32,000 bases of DNA from Pseudoalteromonas tetraodonis (GCF_002310835.1 NZ_CP011041.1:930001-962000), one strand, 5' to 3'; shown: positions 10,149 through 20,338, counted from the first letter of the stretch. Program-made: numbers and translations. The notes: generated by a model from the sequence alone, not told the origin.

Positions 10149-12137
10149 ATGTCGTTTTTAGGTAAATTATCTATAGATGCAATTCCGTTTCATGAACCTA
10201 TTATCATGGTTACTATGGCGGTGATTGCTGTTGTCGGGCTTATTATAGCTGGGCTAATAACAAAATATAAAAAATGGGGTGTGCTTTGGCGTGACTGGAT
10301 CACCTCGGTTGATCATAAACGCTTAGGCGTTATGTACATTTTATTAGCACTAATCATGCTGTTTCGTGGTTTTTCTGATGCCATTATGATGCGTGCGCAG
10401 TTAGCGCTTGCTACCAGTGGTGCGCCAGGCTATCTGCCGCCAGAGCATTACGATCAAATATTCACCGCTCATGGCGTTATTATGATCATCTTTATGGCGA
10501 TGCCATTTATGATTGGTTTAATGAATATTGTTGTACCACTGCAAATTGGTGCCCGTGATGTGGCTTTTCCATTTTTAAATAATTTAAGTTTTTGGTTTAC
10601 CGCTAGTGGCGCCATTTTAATAAATTTATCACTTATATTTGGTGAATTTGCTAAAACAGGCTGGGTTGCTTACCCACCGTTGTCGGAGTTGACCTTTAGC
10701 CCTGGGGTGGGGGTCGATTATTATATTTGGGCCTTGCAAATATCGGGGCTCGGTACGCTATTAACCGCTGTTAACTTCCTAGTGACAGTATTTAAAATGC
10801 GTGCCCCTGGTATGACACTGATGAAAATGCCAATTTTCACATGGGCATGTACCTGGGCAAATATCTTAATTGCGGCATCATTTCCAATTTTAACCGCAGT
10901 GCTGGCCATGCTAACGCTAGACCGTTATTTAGATTTCCACTTCTTCACTAATGAAGCCGGCGGTAACGCCATGATGTATATCAACCTGTTTTGGGCATGG
11001 GGTCACCCAGAGGTATACATTTTAGTATTACCAGCTTTTGGTATTTTTTCTGAAATAGTATCTACCTTCACTGGTAAACGCTTATTTGGTTATAAATCGA
11101 TGGTATATGCCAGCGGTGCCATTTCTATTCTTGGCTTTATTGTATGGTTACACCACTTCTTTACTATGGGCTCAAGCGCCAATGTAAATGCCTTCTTTGG
11201 GGTGATGACCATGGTCATAGCTGTGCCTACTGGGGTTAAGTTATTTAGTTGGTTGTTTACTATTTACCGTGGCCGTTTGCGCATTACTGTACCGGTACTT
11301 TGGACGCTTGGTTTTATGGTTACCTTTAGTATTGGTGGTATGACGGGGGTATTACTGGCAATCCCTGGTGCCGATTATGTATTGCATAACAGCTTATTCT
11401 TAATCGCTCATTTCCATAACACCATCATTGGTGGCGCAGTATTTGGCTACTTAGCCGGGTTTGTTTTTTGGTTTCCAAAAGCAATGGGCTTTAAGCTTGA
11501 TGAGCGTTGGGGTAAAGCGTCATTTTGGTGTTGGTTAATCGGTTTTTTCGTAGCCTTTATGCCATTGTACGTACTCGGCTTTTTGGGCATGACGCGTCGC
11601 TTAAACCACTCTAATAATCCTGATTGGAATATCTGGCTTTATATTGCTGCAGTGGGTGCCGTGATTATTATGTTCGGTATTATTTGCCAAGTTATTCAGC
11701 TTTATGTGAGCTTTAAAAACCGCGAAGCGCTTGATGATATCACCGGCGATCCTTGGAACGGCCATACGCTTGAATGGTCAACGTCATCACCACCGCAATA
11801 TTATAACTTTGCTGAAATCCCGCATGTTGATGATATTGATGCATGGACTGACATGAAAGAAAAAGGCCTAGCTTATCAAGGTAAATCTAGCTATAGCCCA
11901 ATTCATATGCCAAAAAATACCGCATCAGGTGTGCTTATTGCTGCGAGTTTAACGGCGTTTTGTTTTGCCATGATCTGGCATATTTGGTGGCTAGCAGGGC
12001 TTGGTTTTATTGGCGCGATTGCGCTGTTTATTAACCGTGCTTACACCAGTGATGTAGATTACTACGTGCAAAACGATGAAATATTACAAATTGAAGGCGC
12101 GCATATTGCCAGTAACACGAAGGAGGTAAGCGCATGA
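10149..12137 (+). CDS. cyoB: Cytochrome bo3 ubiquinol oxidase subunit I (heme-copper oxidase)
   Basis: 662 aa. [11 protein letters not shown] motif and the His ligand pattern of heme-copper oxidase subunit I. Length matches E. coli CyoB. Confidence 0.97.
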   Translation: MSFLGKLSIDAIPFHEPIIMVTMAVIAVVGLIIAGLITKYKKWGVLWRDWITSVDHKRLGVMYILLALIMLFRGFSDAIMMRAQLALATSGAPGYLPPEHYDQIFTAHGVIMIIFMAMPFMIGLMNIVVPLQIGARDVAFPFLNNLSFWFTASGAILINLSLIFGEFAKTGWVAYPPLSELTFSPGVGVDYYIWALQISGLGTLLTAVNFLVTVFKMRAPGMTLMKMPIFTWACTWANILIAASFPILTAVLAMLTLDRYLDFHFFTNEAGGNAMMYINLFWAWGHPEVYILVLPAFGIFSEIVSTFTGKRLFGYKSMVYASGAISILGFIVWLHHFFTMGSSANVNAFFGVMTMVIAVPTGVKLFSWLFTIYRGRLRITVPVLWTLGFMVTFSIGGMTGVLLAIPGADYVLHNSLFLIAHFHNTIIGGAVFGYLAGFVFWFPKAMGFKLDERWGKASFWCWLIGFFVAFMPLYVLGFLGMTRRLNHSNNPDWNIWLYIAAVGAVIIMFGIICQVIQLYVSFKNREALDDITGDPWNGHTLEWSTSSPPQYYNFAEIPHVDDIDAWTDMKEKGLAYQGKSSYSPIHMPKNTASGVLIAASLTAFCFAMIWHIWWLAGLGFIGAIALFINRAYTSDVDYYVQNDEILQIEGAHIASNTKEVSA

Positions 12138-12766
12138 GTACGTTATCTGCAACTCAAGGCCATGTAAATTTAGAGCCTCATAGCGTAAGTCATACGCATG
12201 AACATCACGATACCTCAGGCGATACAATCTTTGGCTTTTGGCTTTATTTAATGACCGATTGCCTTTTATTTGCCTCATTTTTTGCAACCTACGCAGTGCT
12301 TTATATGAACACCGCAGGCGGTGTATCGGGCAAAGATATTTTTGAGCTTGATTTTGTTGCCGTTGAAACTGCGGCGCTACTTATAAGTAGTATTACTTTT
12401 GGTTTTGCCATGATTGCCGCTCAAGGGCAAAAAAAGGCGCTGACGCTTGGTTGGCTCGCGGTCACTTTTTGTTTAGGCGCGGTGTTTATTGGTATGGAAA
12501 TTTATGAGTTTCATCATTTAATTGTTCATGGCAATGGCCCACAGCAAAGTGCTTTTTTAACATCGTTTTTCTCATTAGTGGGTTTGCATGGCTTACATGT
12601 AACTGCAGGCCTTATTTGGATGAGCATAATGATGATAGAAGTGATCAAGCGCGGTTTAGGTAAACAAACCGTCACGCGCTTAAGCTGCTTAAGCTTATTT
12701 TGGCACTTTTTAGATATTGTGTGGATTTGTGTATTTACCGTTGTTTATTTAATGGGAGCAATGTAA
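12134..12766 (+). CDS. cyoC: Cytochrome bo3 ubiquinol oxidase subunit III
   Basis: 210 aa polytopic protein. ATGA overlap with cyoB. CyoC-like [10 protein letters not shown] motif. Confidence 0.94.
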   Translation: MSTLSATQGHVNLEPHSVSHTHEHHDTSGDTIFGFWLYLMTDCLLFASFFATYAVLYMNTAGGVSGKDIFELDFVAVETAALLISSITFGFAMIAAQGQKKALTLGWLAVTFCLGAVFIGMEIYEFHHLIVHGNGPQQSAFLTSFFSLVGLHGLHVTAGLIWMSIMMIEVIKRGLGKQTVTRLSCLSLFWHFLDIVWICVFTVVYLMGAM

Positions 12767-13122
12767 TGAGTCATAGTGAAACGCATGCTTTAGCGCAAAT
12801 GCAAAGCCAACATCATGATCAGTCACACGGCAGTGTTAAAACCTATCTTATTGGCTTTGTCTTATCAGTGATTTTAACGGCCATTCCATTTTGGATGGTG
12901 ATGGAGGGCGATTTTTCAAAAGTCATCACGCTTTGGAGTATCGTTACTGTTGCAATCGTGCAAATTTGGGTGCATTTAAAATACTTTTTACACCTTAATT
13001 TCACCACTGATGAAGGCAAAGCGAATACCTTTACCTTCTTGTTTAGCGCGTTGATCATCGTCATGGTGGTTGGACTGTCTGTTTGGATCATTTATGAATC
13101 AAACGCAATGATGATGTATTAG
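12766..13122 (+). CDS. cyoD: Cytochrome bo3 ubiquinol oxidase subunit IV
   Basis: 118 aa starting MSHSETH at ATG 12766 (TAATG overlap with the cyoC stop). Three TM helices. The track ORF start at 12700 lies inside cyoC. Confidence 0.88.
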   Translation: MSHSETHALAQMQSQHHDQSHGSVKTYLIGFVLSVILTAIPFWMVMEGDFSKVITLWSIVTVAIVQIWVHLKYFLHLNFTTDEGKANTFTFLFSALIIVMVVGLSVWIIYESNAMMMY

Positions 13123-13131
13123 AGGTTTCAG

Positions 13132-14016
13132 ATGTTTCGCCGTTATTTAGCTGTTACTAAGCCAGGTATTATTATGGGGAATTTGATCAGCGTTGCCGGT
13201 GGTTTTTTACTTGCCGCCCGCGGTGATATAGACCCATGGTTAATGTTGGTTACCTTGGTTGGTTTATCGCTTGTTGTTGCATCGGGATGTGCCATAAACA
13301 ATGTTATAGATAGAGACATTGATGTTGCTATGGCGCGTACTCGCTCACGTGTAACTGTAACGGGCGAAATGTCTGCAGAAGCCGCTTTAAGCCATGGCGT
13401 GTTATTAGGGCTAATTGGCTTTGGCTTATTAATCGGCTTTACCACTCAAGCGGCGGTATTTTTTGCCGCCTTTGGCTATGTGATTTATGTCGGGGTGTAC
13501 AGCCTCTACATGAAACGCAACTCTGTTTACGGCACCTTTATTGGTAGTCTGTCGGGCGCAGTTCCTCCTGTTGTTGGCTATTGCGCCGTTACGGGTGTGT
13601 TCGATATGGGGGCATTAATACTGCTGGTGATGTTTAGTTTGTGGCAAATGCCGCACTCATATGCGATTGCTATTTTTCGCTTTAAAGATTACCAAGCCGC
13701 TAATATTCCAGTATTGCCCGTGGCGCAAGGTGTTAATAAAGCTAAGCGCCATATTGTTCTTTATATTGCGGTATATGCTTTAGTGGTGATGCTATTGCCA
13801 ATTAGTGGTTATACCGGTGCTGCCTTTATGGCCGTTGCCTGTATTACGAGTTTTTGGTGGTTACTTATGGCACTTAGAGGATACCGCTACAATATAGATA
13901 CTACCCGTTGGGCACGCCAAGTGTTTGCGTTTTCTATTATTAATATTACCGCTTTGAGTATTGCGATGGCGGTAGATTATCAAACAATTGCGCCACAATT
14001 AGTGGCGCTAAACTGA
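13132..14016 (+). CDS. cyoE: Protoheme IX farnesyltransferase (heme O synthase)
   Basis: 294 aa UbiA-family prenyltransferase with the NNVIDRDID motif. Last gene of the cyo operon. Confidence 0.95.
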   Translation: MFRRYLAVTKPGIIMGNLISVAGGFLLAARGDIDPWLMLVTLVGLSLVVASGCAINNVIDRDIDVAMARTRSRVTVTGEMSAEAALSHGVLLGLIGFGLLIGFTTQAAVFFAAFGYVIYVGVYSLYMKRNSVYGTFIGSLSGAVPPVVGYCAVTGVFDMGALILLVMFSLWQMPHSYAIAIFRFKDYQAANIPVLPVAQGVNKAKRHIVLYIAVYALVVMLLPISGYTGAAFMAVACITSFWWLLMALRGYRYNIDTTRWARQVFAFSIINITALSIAMAVDYQTIAPQLVALN

Positions 14017-14058
14017 TCTTATCTGATCAGTGAACCGAGTTAATTCCCAAAGTTAACC

Positions 14059-14090
14059 AAAGGCTCTGAGCATTGCGAGGAGCCTTTTTT
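14059..14090 (+). terminator. Rho-independent terminator after cyoE, between convergent genes
   Basis: 8-bp stem aaaggctc (14059-14066) / gagccttt (14080-14087) running into a T6 run (14085-14090). Confidence 0.65.
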
Positions 14091-14111
14091 CGTCCCTAAA
14101 ACAAAGCTAAA

Positions 14112-14789
14112 TTATTTACTTAAGCTTTCAGCATCATAAAACATGGGTTTCAATGTGCCACAATTTATAAACTTATAATTGAGCTCATCAGCAGAGGGCA
14201 CTTCAGTTGAGGTGCGAAACTTTTGTAAACAGGCACCACTTAAATTAACAAACATTATATGATGATAGCTTGGTGGCTGAGTTATTTGGTGAATATAAAT
14301 ACGCTCGTTATTTTTTAGCGTAACCATATCGTACTGTTGCCATTTTGAGGCTGGGCTTAAATCAGTTAGCTCACGAGTAAATAACTGCTCGCTAAGCTCT
14401 ATTAATTTATCACTATAAACTAAGCTACCTCCTTGTCTAAAATCTCCAAGATACACATCTGCGGTAATCGCGACTTCTTCGCCTCGCATTAAGCGTTGAA
14501 TATTAAACGGCTTTGGTTTTACTGTAACTAACTCAGCATCGCGTACTAAATTTAAAAATGGAATATCAGATACATCTACCTTGTACATAACATGTACATC
14601 ATAAGGAAGCTCAAAGCTTGGAATGTTAATCGCGTATACACTTGAACCTTTATTAACCAACACCATGGCATGCTCTGCTTCATATTTGGGGTTCAATGGC
14701 GGAAGTTCTGGTGGCTCTTCGGCATTAACAAGCGAGCTGGTACAAAATATAATGCTGATAAATAAATATACGAAGTAGGGTAGCCGCAT
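14112..14789 (-). CDS. Hypothetical secreted protein (225 aa)
   Basis: Start taken at ATG 14789 (MRLPYFVYLFISIIFCTSSLVNA-EEPP), which gives a classic signal peptide. I recognise no catalytic motif or family name. Confidence 0.6.
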   Translation of the reverse strand: MRLPYFVYLFISIIFCTSSLVNAEEPPELPPLNPKYEAEHAMVLVNKGSSVYAINIPSFELPYDVHVMYKVDVSDIPFLNLVRDAELVTVKPKPFNIQRLMRGEEVAITADVYLGDFRQGGSLVYSDKLIELSEQLFTRELTDLSPASKWQQYDMVTLKNNERIYIHQITQPPSYHHIMFVNLSGACLQKFRTSTEVPSADELNYKFINCGTLKPMFYDAESLSK

Positions 14790-14874
14790 AATAACCTCAA
14801 TTAATTTATAGATATAAAGTGTAGTATACATTTATACATAATTATCTTTAGTTATATTTTAGTAAAGCTTAAAC

Positions 14875-14904
14875 GTGATACACACTAAAGCTTTAGTGTG
14901 TATC
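14875..14904. repeat. Perfect 30-nt palindrome (15-bp arms, no spacer) 20 nt downstream of the phytase stop; probable terminator/processing hairpin
   Basis: tgatacacactaaag/ctttagtgtgtatca, with every base paired on inspection. No canonical U-run follows on either strand. Confidence 0.6.
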
Positions 14905-14924
14905 AGTACATTTAGGGTTAGCTA

Positions 14925-16892
14925 TTATCTAATTGCTTTTTTCACTTCGCGCCAGTCAATAATTTTAAAGTTTTGTGGTTGTAGAGGCATGCGATTGTAG
15001 CCATCTTGTACTATAAGCATGCCTTCAGGGTAACCTGGCAAAGCCGTTGCTGTAACGGTTAAACCGTCAGTTTCACCTACGCCATCAATGCCTTTATCTA
15101 GGTTTGCAATTACATTAAACTTACCTGCAAAGCTTAGACTAGGCTCTTTGTCATCTGAGATTTTATAAAGCACATAGCTATTATCGCCTTGGCTTGATAC
15201 CACTAAATAGCGAGCATCATTAGCATGATAAATTTCCATACCTTCAACATCTGCCACCAGTTGCTCATTAACTCTTTGTAGCTTTACTGCTTTGTTACCA
15301 GCGGTAGGCTCTGCACCGATATACCAAATGCCTGCATCTTCTTCACCTGCAAATAGTTGGCCTAGATTATCATCAGCACTACAGCCTTCAGGTTGGCTTG
15401 GTAGAGTAAACTCTCTAACCAGTTCACCACTTAAATTACTTTGCTCACCGGTGAGTTTATACTGCTGAAATAAACCTGATTTATCATTAACAAACACGTA
15501 ATGGCCAGACTCAGAGGAATACATACACATACCGTAAATCTCAGATAGGTTAGTGGCTATTTCTGTCACATGGTTTACTTGGTTATCGCCATCTACAGTA
15601 AATACGCTAATGCTATTAAGAGTACGGTTACTGGCAGTGATCCACGTATGGGTCTGGTTGTTTATACCTTGATGTTGGCGCACATCAACATTATTTAAAC
15701 GCCCAACATTAAGCGATTGTACTTTGCTGCCAGCAAGGTCATAAACCATCAAGCCGCGGCGTTTATCTGTGCCTAAAATTAAGCTTTTTTTAGCGTCTTG
15801 CTGATTAATCCAAATAGCCGGATCATCTGCTGCATCACCAAACGCAGCAACCGGTGTAGTTTGTGCGCTGGCATGAAGGTGAGTCATCGCGACATTGTTT
15901 TGTGAAGTCGCTGTTTGCGCTGTGTAGTTAACGCTTGCTTGAATGTAAGCGCCTGTTTCATCATCAATTAATACCAGCTGGGCTTGACTGTCATTGATAA
16001 AGCTCGCTGCAACAGACTCTATTGTGTGCTCACCTGCCAGTGACCATTGGCTTAGCTTGTCTGTTTGAGCTTGGTAAGCATAAACCTTATTACCATCAGT
16101 GGCACTGAGCCATAAAGTACCGTCTTGTGATACCGATAGAGCCCCAATTTCACTGTTTAATTCGCCGTAGGGTTGTACCAAAGCCACAGGCTGCTTATTG
16201 GCATCAGATTCTGCATCCGCGTTAATGGCCCACACTCCGAGCTCTGCTTCACCCACATACAGGGTTTTTGTGTCGTCATTTACTGCACAACCTGAAGCCT
16301 CTGTGACTGCAGAGAACTCACGTACTGCGATATTTTTAGCTTGGTTAGTGGCTAAATCATAAATAACCGTTTCGCTGATCAAGCCGCGAACATCTGGCAC
16401 AAATGCTGATACAGTTTTGTTATTGCTATTTTTAAATAAACACACGGCATCGGGCTGGGCTTGAGGTGGACTAATGCGGGTGAGTTCATTTAGCTGCCAA
16501 GTTTGGCCATTTTTTATAAGCTTAAAAATAACCACATTATCTTGGTTGTTATCTAGAGTTGCCAATAAAAATTGCTGCGCTGCTATTTTTTTCAGTGAAA
16601 TTGACTCAAAGTTACCGGCGAGCAGCACACTGTCTTTCTCGTTATCGGCAAGTAATAAGCCTTGGCTTTCGCTCGCTATTAGCCATTGATTATTACCTAG
16701 CGATGCTGCTTGAGAGCCTTGCATGTTTTGTTGTGGGCCGAATAATTTGGTTTCAATGTCTGTTTTTTCAATATATGGTTTTGTAACTGCTGCATTATTT
16801 TGCGTATCGTTATTACGTGTACAGCCGCTTATAGTAGTCAATAGAAGTGCACTGCCAAGCACAGCTGAAATTGTATTTAGTTTAAAGTTCAT
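14925..16892 (-). CDS. Tandem-domain beta-propeller phytase (3-phytase family), lipoprotein
   Basis: 655 aa, about twice the length of a single BPP domain. Lipobox ISGC. The C-terminal half carries BPP hallmarks (DDPAIWINQ, GETDGLTV, LIVQDG). The N-terminal half is more divergent. Confidence 0.8.
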   Translation of the reverse strand: MNFKLNTISAVLGSALLLTTISGCTRNNDTQNNAAVTKPYIEKTDIETKLFGPQQNMQGSQAASLGNNQWLIASESQGLLLADNEKDSVLLAGNFESISLKKIAAQQFLLATLDNNQDNVVIFKLIKNGQTWQLNELTRISPPQAQPDAVCLFKNSNNKTVSAFVPDVRGLISETVIYDLATNQAKNIAVREFSAVTEASGCAVNDDTKTLYVGEAELGVWAINADAESDANKQPVALVQPYGELNSEIGALSVSQDGTLWLSATDGNKVYAYQAQTDKLSQWSLAGEHTIESVAASFINDSQAQLVLIDDETGAYIQASVNYTAQTATSQNNVAMTHLHASAQTTPVAAFGDAADDPAIWINQQDAKKSLILGTDKRRGLMVYDLAGSKVQSLNVGRLNNVDVRQHQGINNQTHTWITASNRTLNSISVFTVDGDNQVNHVTEIATNLSEIYGMCMYSSESGHYVFVNDKSGLFQQYKLTGEQSNLSGELVREFTLPSQPEGCSADDNLGQLFAGEEDAGIWYIGAEPTAGNKAVKLQRVNEQLVADVEGMEIYHANDARYLVVSSQGDNSYVLYKISDDKEPSLSFAGKFNVIANLDKGIDGVGETDGLTVTATALPGYPEGMLIVQDGYNRMPLQPQNFKIIDWREVKKAIR

Positions 16893-16903
16893 TATTTTAT
16901 CCT

Positions 16904-17878
16904 TTACTTATCTAGGTGCTTTTCAGTGCTAAAACGTACTTCACCAAGGTGGTTAATCGCGCTCATTGTTAGCGTTTCGCCATTGATAGAGATACTTAAA
17001 AAACCCGGTGTTGCTTCTGCGTAGCGGGTAAATTCACGTTGTTTGACAAACCGTGCTTCACTGCCACCACCAGAGACAAAGTGAGCCACCTTGCTATTTT
17101 TTGGTTGATTGTATTGCAAGTCATGCTCGTGCCCTGCGATATAAACGTGCACGTTATGGCGTTCTAAAATAGGTTCTAAAATGTCGCGAAGACCTTGGTT
17201 GCGACCAAAGCGTTTACCGCTAGAGTAGAGCGGGTGATGGCCAACAACAATTTTCCATTTTGCGTTACTGCCGGCAAGTTGGGTTTCAAGCCATGCCAAT
17301 TGTGTTTGATAGCTTTGACCTTGGGTTGAGCGGTATTTTTCACGGGTTTTATATTCAGGTTGAATCGGGTTGGTATCTAAAAAAACCATTAACACTTGCT
17401 CGTTGTTTTCAAGTGCAAATGTTTTACTGTAGTACCTTGCTGGTAATTGCCAGCGCTGACTTTTTGCTGTGTAGTCAATTTGTGCTTGAGCATTACCAAG
17501 GTAATCGTGATTCCCCAAAACAACATACCAATCTTCAAATGTGTGAGGGCCGTGGTATATATTCTCAAAGGCTGATTGCCAAAGAGGATCGTTCACACTT
17601 GCCACACCATTTGGGTAAAAGTTATCGCCGGTCGAGACAACAAAATCGGCATCGGTTTGGTACATGGCGATTTCTAGCTGATGAGCCACCTCTTTTTGAT
17701 AAAAGTGGCCGTTGTGTCCCCAATCACCAATAACCATAAAGTTAAGGCTATTAGGTAACGTAGTTAACTTGGCTATTTTTTGTTGTTGATATAGCGCATC
17801 TTTATAAATAACGGGCTCACCAGCACTAAGCGCTGATGAGCACAGTAGCGCGGCCATTATGAAAGACAATTTAAACAT
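16904..17878 (-). CDS. Purple acid phosphatase-like metallophosphoesterase, secreted
   Basis: 324 aa with a signal peptide. Full calcineurin-like motif set: GDWGH, GDNFY, GNHDY, VGHHP, GHEHD. Confidence 0.88.
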   Translation of the reverse strand: MFKLSFIMAALLCSSALSAGEPVIYKDALYQQQKIAKLTTLPNSLNFMVIGDWGHNGHFYQKEVAHQLEIAMYQTDADFVVSTGDNFYPNGVASVNDPLWQSAFENIYHGPHTFEDWYVVLGNHDYLGNAQAQIDYTAKSQRWQLPARYYSKTFALENNEQVLMVFLDTNPIQPEYKTREKYRSTQGQSYQTQLAWLETQLAGSNAKWKIVVGHHPLYSSGKRFGRNQGLRDILEPILERHNVHVYIAGHEHDLQYNQPKNSKVAHFVSGGGSEARFVKQREFTRYAEATPGFLSISINGETLTMSAINHLGEVRFSTEKHLDK

Positions 17879-17888
17879 GTTTTAACTC

Positions 17889-17923
17889 CAAAAAAGCACG
17901 CGATGGCTTGCCAATACGTGCTT
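17889..17923 (-). terminator. Intra-operon hairpin plus U-run between the TonB-dependent receptor and phosphatase genes (partial terminator/attenuator)
   Basis: On the minus strand: aagcacg-N16-cgtgctt followed by TTTT then GGAG (RBS of the phosphatase). Plus-strand arms are at 17894-17900 and 17917-17923. Confidence 0.4.
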
Positions 17924-17942
17924 AAAATGACAATACGTGTGA

Positions 17943-20249
17943 TTAAAATGCGTAACGTAGCATTACTTGAATCACAGGACCTGCTTCTTCAGACTCAAGC
18001 TCGTACTCATCAAAGTTACGATTATTTTGATCATCAAGAGAGTCAAACTTGTTGAAAACTTCATCTTTACTGGCATCAAGTAGGTTTGAACCAACTAGGC
18101 GAAGCGTTACATTTTCCCAGCGTTTTTCTACGAATAACTCTAAATCAGCACCATAAGAGGTTGTCACTTCTTCACCCACAAAGCGTCCGTATGCATCACC
18201 TTGATTACGGTACGTTGCACCAAATGATGCGCCAAGTGTTGGTAAATCTTGGATAAAGCCTACGTTATAAACATAATCAGATTGATCATTAAATTTACGC
18301 TTACCAAAGCTGTCTTCAACTTCACTGTCGAGCCAAGAGTAATTTAAGAAGATTCCAGTGTTAGGCATGTTCAAGGCGCTTAGTGGAGTTGATAAATCAA
18401 ACTCAACACCTTGAACTGTGCCATCACCAGTATTTTGTGGTTGCAGTACAAATGTGCCTTCGCCTTCAGAGCCTTCAACACCGGTACTGGCAATTTCAAT
18501 AAGGTCGCTAACGTCACGGTAAAATACGTTTACACCAACAACACCACTTTTACCTAAACGGTATTCGTAACCCAAATCGATCCCCCAAGATGATTCTGGC
18601 TTAAGGTTTGAGTTACCTAAAAAGTCATTATCGGCGAGCTCTTTTTCAAGTAAGGCGGGTGTCATGTAGTCAAAGTCAGGGCGGCGTAAGCTGCGAGCAA
18701 CAGAGGCACTGACTCGTCCGTTATCGCTGATGCTATAACGAAAGTGAGCCGACGGTAAGAAAAAGTCATAATCATTCTCGGCAGTTACGCCTTCATTGGT
18801 ATCAGTAATACTTGAATCAGTTGACTCCCAGCGCACCCCCATCTCCCACGAGAACACATCGGCTTCGTGTTTGATTAGCGCAAATAAATCAAAACGGTCT
18901 TCTTCTAGGGTATTAACGCCACCAGCCACTGGTTCAAAGGCGTTGTCAAAACCGGCAAGAGTCAGTGGATTCTTAGTAAATTGATCCCAATTGGTAAAGT
19001 CTTTTTCAAGCTCATCTTCAGCGACAAAAATAGCGGTATCGCGCTCTTTGCCTTGTATAAAAGCACCAAATTGAATTTCTTTTGAATCACCTACTAGTAA
19101 GCTGTGCTGCCATTGTAATGACCATTCTTTATCATCGATATCAACGGTTTCTTCTGCTTCTTCAAATACCATTGGAAGTTCTGAGGTATCAAGCTCAACT
19201 TCTTGTTCGTAAACAGACTCTTCAAAGCTGGCGTAACCCACTTTAAATTTACTGGTGCCGCCGAGCAGAGGTAATTCATAGCCAGAGTTAATGTTGTAGT
19301 TGGTTTGATTAATAAACGAAACGTTTGCGTTATCTGAGAGTAAATTACCCCCTTCAACAACAGAGCCTGATGTTGCCGTTGGGTTGTCGTATTCAAAAGA
19401 GCGCTCATCTTCGGTACGGTCGGTATCAACCCACATGGCGCTAATATCAAACTTACCGCCATTATCAAATACCTTCTCAAAGCTGGCATTTAAAGAGGTA
19501 TCATCGCCATCACGGGTATCAGATTGATCTTCACGGTTATCAAAATCGTCTGTTGCGTAATTCGGGTTATTTTCAGGGCTATCACCATAACGTCTGCTTG
19601 ATTTTTGTTTTGGGTTATAACGACCTTGTAAATTAGCGCCTAACAGTAAACGCCCGCCTGCAAACTCAGTGCCGTAAACGCCAGCAAAGCTCTCTTTTAT
19701 TTCGCCATCATCATAACGTAAGCCACCAGCGCGAATATAACCGCCGTCTAAGCTATAGCCATCGCGTAGTACAATATTAAGCGTACCTGCTATGGCATCG
19801 GCAGAGCGGTTGGCACTAGATGAACGAATAATTTCTACACGCTCAATTAATTCTGCAGGAATACGGTCAACAAAGAATGAACGGTCAGCACCTGCGCCCG
19901 GAACTTCCTCGCCATTAATAAGTACTTTAGTGTAAGCAGGGCTTAAACCGCGCATACGTGCGCCGTCTGATTCCAGTACATCAGATAAAAAAGTAACACT
20001 AGGAACACGCTTTAATGCATCACCTGCGGTGAGTGGTTCAAAACGCTGGAAGTATTCTTGTGAGTATTCTAGCGTGGGCGCTAGTTCTTGCGAGCGGTTG
20101 CGATAACCAATCTCGCCATATACCACAAGTTCTTCAGAAACCTTTACTTCAGGTTCTCTTGGTGATGTTTGTTCTTGTGCATTCACGCTAACACTAAATT
20201 GGCTCAGTGCTAATGCCGCCACAACAGCATTTAACTTAAATTGTTTCAT
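17943..20249 (-). CDS. TonB-dependent outer-membrane receptor
   Basis: 768 aa. Signal peptide ending SVNA-QEQ, TonB-box-like ELVVYGE, plug region, long beta-barrel, terminal aromatic (RYAF). GGAG sits 9 nt upstream of the ATG. Confidence 0.9.
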   Translation of the reverse strand: MKQFKLNAVVAALALSQFSVSVNAQEQTSPREPEVKVSEELVVYGEIGYRNRSQELAPTLEYSQEYFQRFEPLTAGDALKRVPSVTFLSDVLESDGARMRGLSPAYTKVLINGEEVPGAGADRSFFVDRIPAELIERVEIIRSSSANRSADAIAGTLNIVLRDGYSLDGGYIRAGGLRYDDGEIKESFAGVYGTEFAGGRLLLGANLQGRYNPKQKSSRRYGDSPENNPNYATDDFDNREDQSDTRDGDDTSLNASFEKVFDNGGKFDISAMWVDTDRTEDERSFEYDNPTATSGSVVEGGNLLSDNANVSFINQTNYNINSGYELPLLGGTSKFKVGYASFEESVYEQEVELDTSELPMVFEEAEETVDIDDKEWSLQWQHSLLVGDSKEIQFGAFIQGKERDTAIFVAEDELEKDFTNWDQFTKNPLTLAGFDNAFEPVAGGVNTLEEDRFDLFALIKHEADVFSWEMGVRWESTDSSITDTNEGVTAENDYDFFLPSAHFRYSISDNGRVSASVARSLRRPDFDYMTPALLEKELADNDFLGNSNLKPESSWGIDLGYEYRLGKSGVVGVNVFYRDVSDLIEIASTGVEGSEGEGTFVLQPQNTGDGTVQGVEFDLSTPLSALNMPNTGIFLNYSWLDSEVEDSFGKRKFNDQSDYVYNVGFIQDLPTLGASFGATYRNQGDAYGRFVGEEVTTSYGADLELFVEKRWENVTLRLVGSNLLDASKDEVFNKFDSLDDQNNRNFDEYELESEEAGPVIQVMLRYAF

Positions 20250-20298
20250 TGATTTGCTCCGGTTGTCCTTGGTTTGGTGAGCAAACTAAAAAAAGTTA

Positions 20299-20338
20299 AT
20301 GACGCTAATGTGACAGTTTTACCGTTAATTCCTGACAA
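20299..20338 (-). promoter_or_regulatory. Pho-box array (four 7-bp repeats in 11-bp phase) replacing the -35 of the receptor/phosphatase/phytase operon
   Basis: The minus strand reads TTGTCAG-GAAT-TAACGGT-AAAA-CTGTCAC-ATTA-GCGTCAT. The proximal 18-mer matches CTGTCATAWAWCTGTCAY at 14/18. TAGTTT (-10-like) follows after 10 nt. The array ends 50 nt before the ATG. Confidence 0.55.

Noticed and set aside
12700-12765. An extended cyoD ORF starting at 12700
   Set aside because: It lies wholly inside cyoC in another frame. The TAATG-coupled start at 12766 gives the expected ~110-120-aa subunit IV.
14790-14831. A longer version (239 aa) of the secreted hypothetical protein
   Set aside because: The extra 14 residues precede a canonical signal peptide that begins at the internal Met (14789). 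A signal peptide is expected at the extreme N-terminus.
17260-17733. A 157-aa plus-strand ORF antisense to the acid phosphatase gene. Similar same-strand alternate-frame or antisense ORFs occur at 5750-6022, 7893-8078, 19094-19489, 24025-25611 and 29079-29474.
   Set aside because: All lie entirely within genes that have strong family signatures. Their translations are low-complexity or Ser/Arg/Leu-rich, typical of shadow ORFs, and they have no RBS context.
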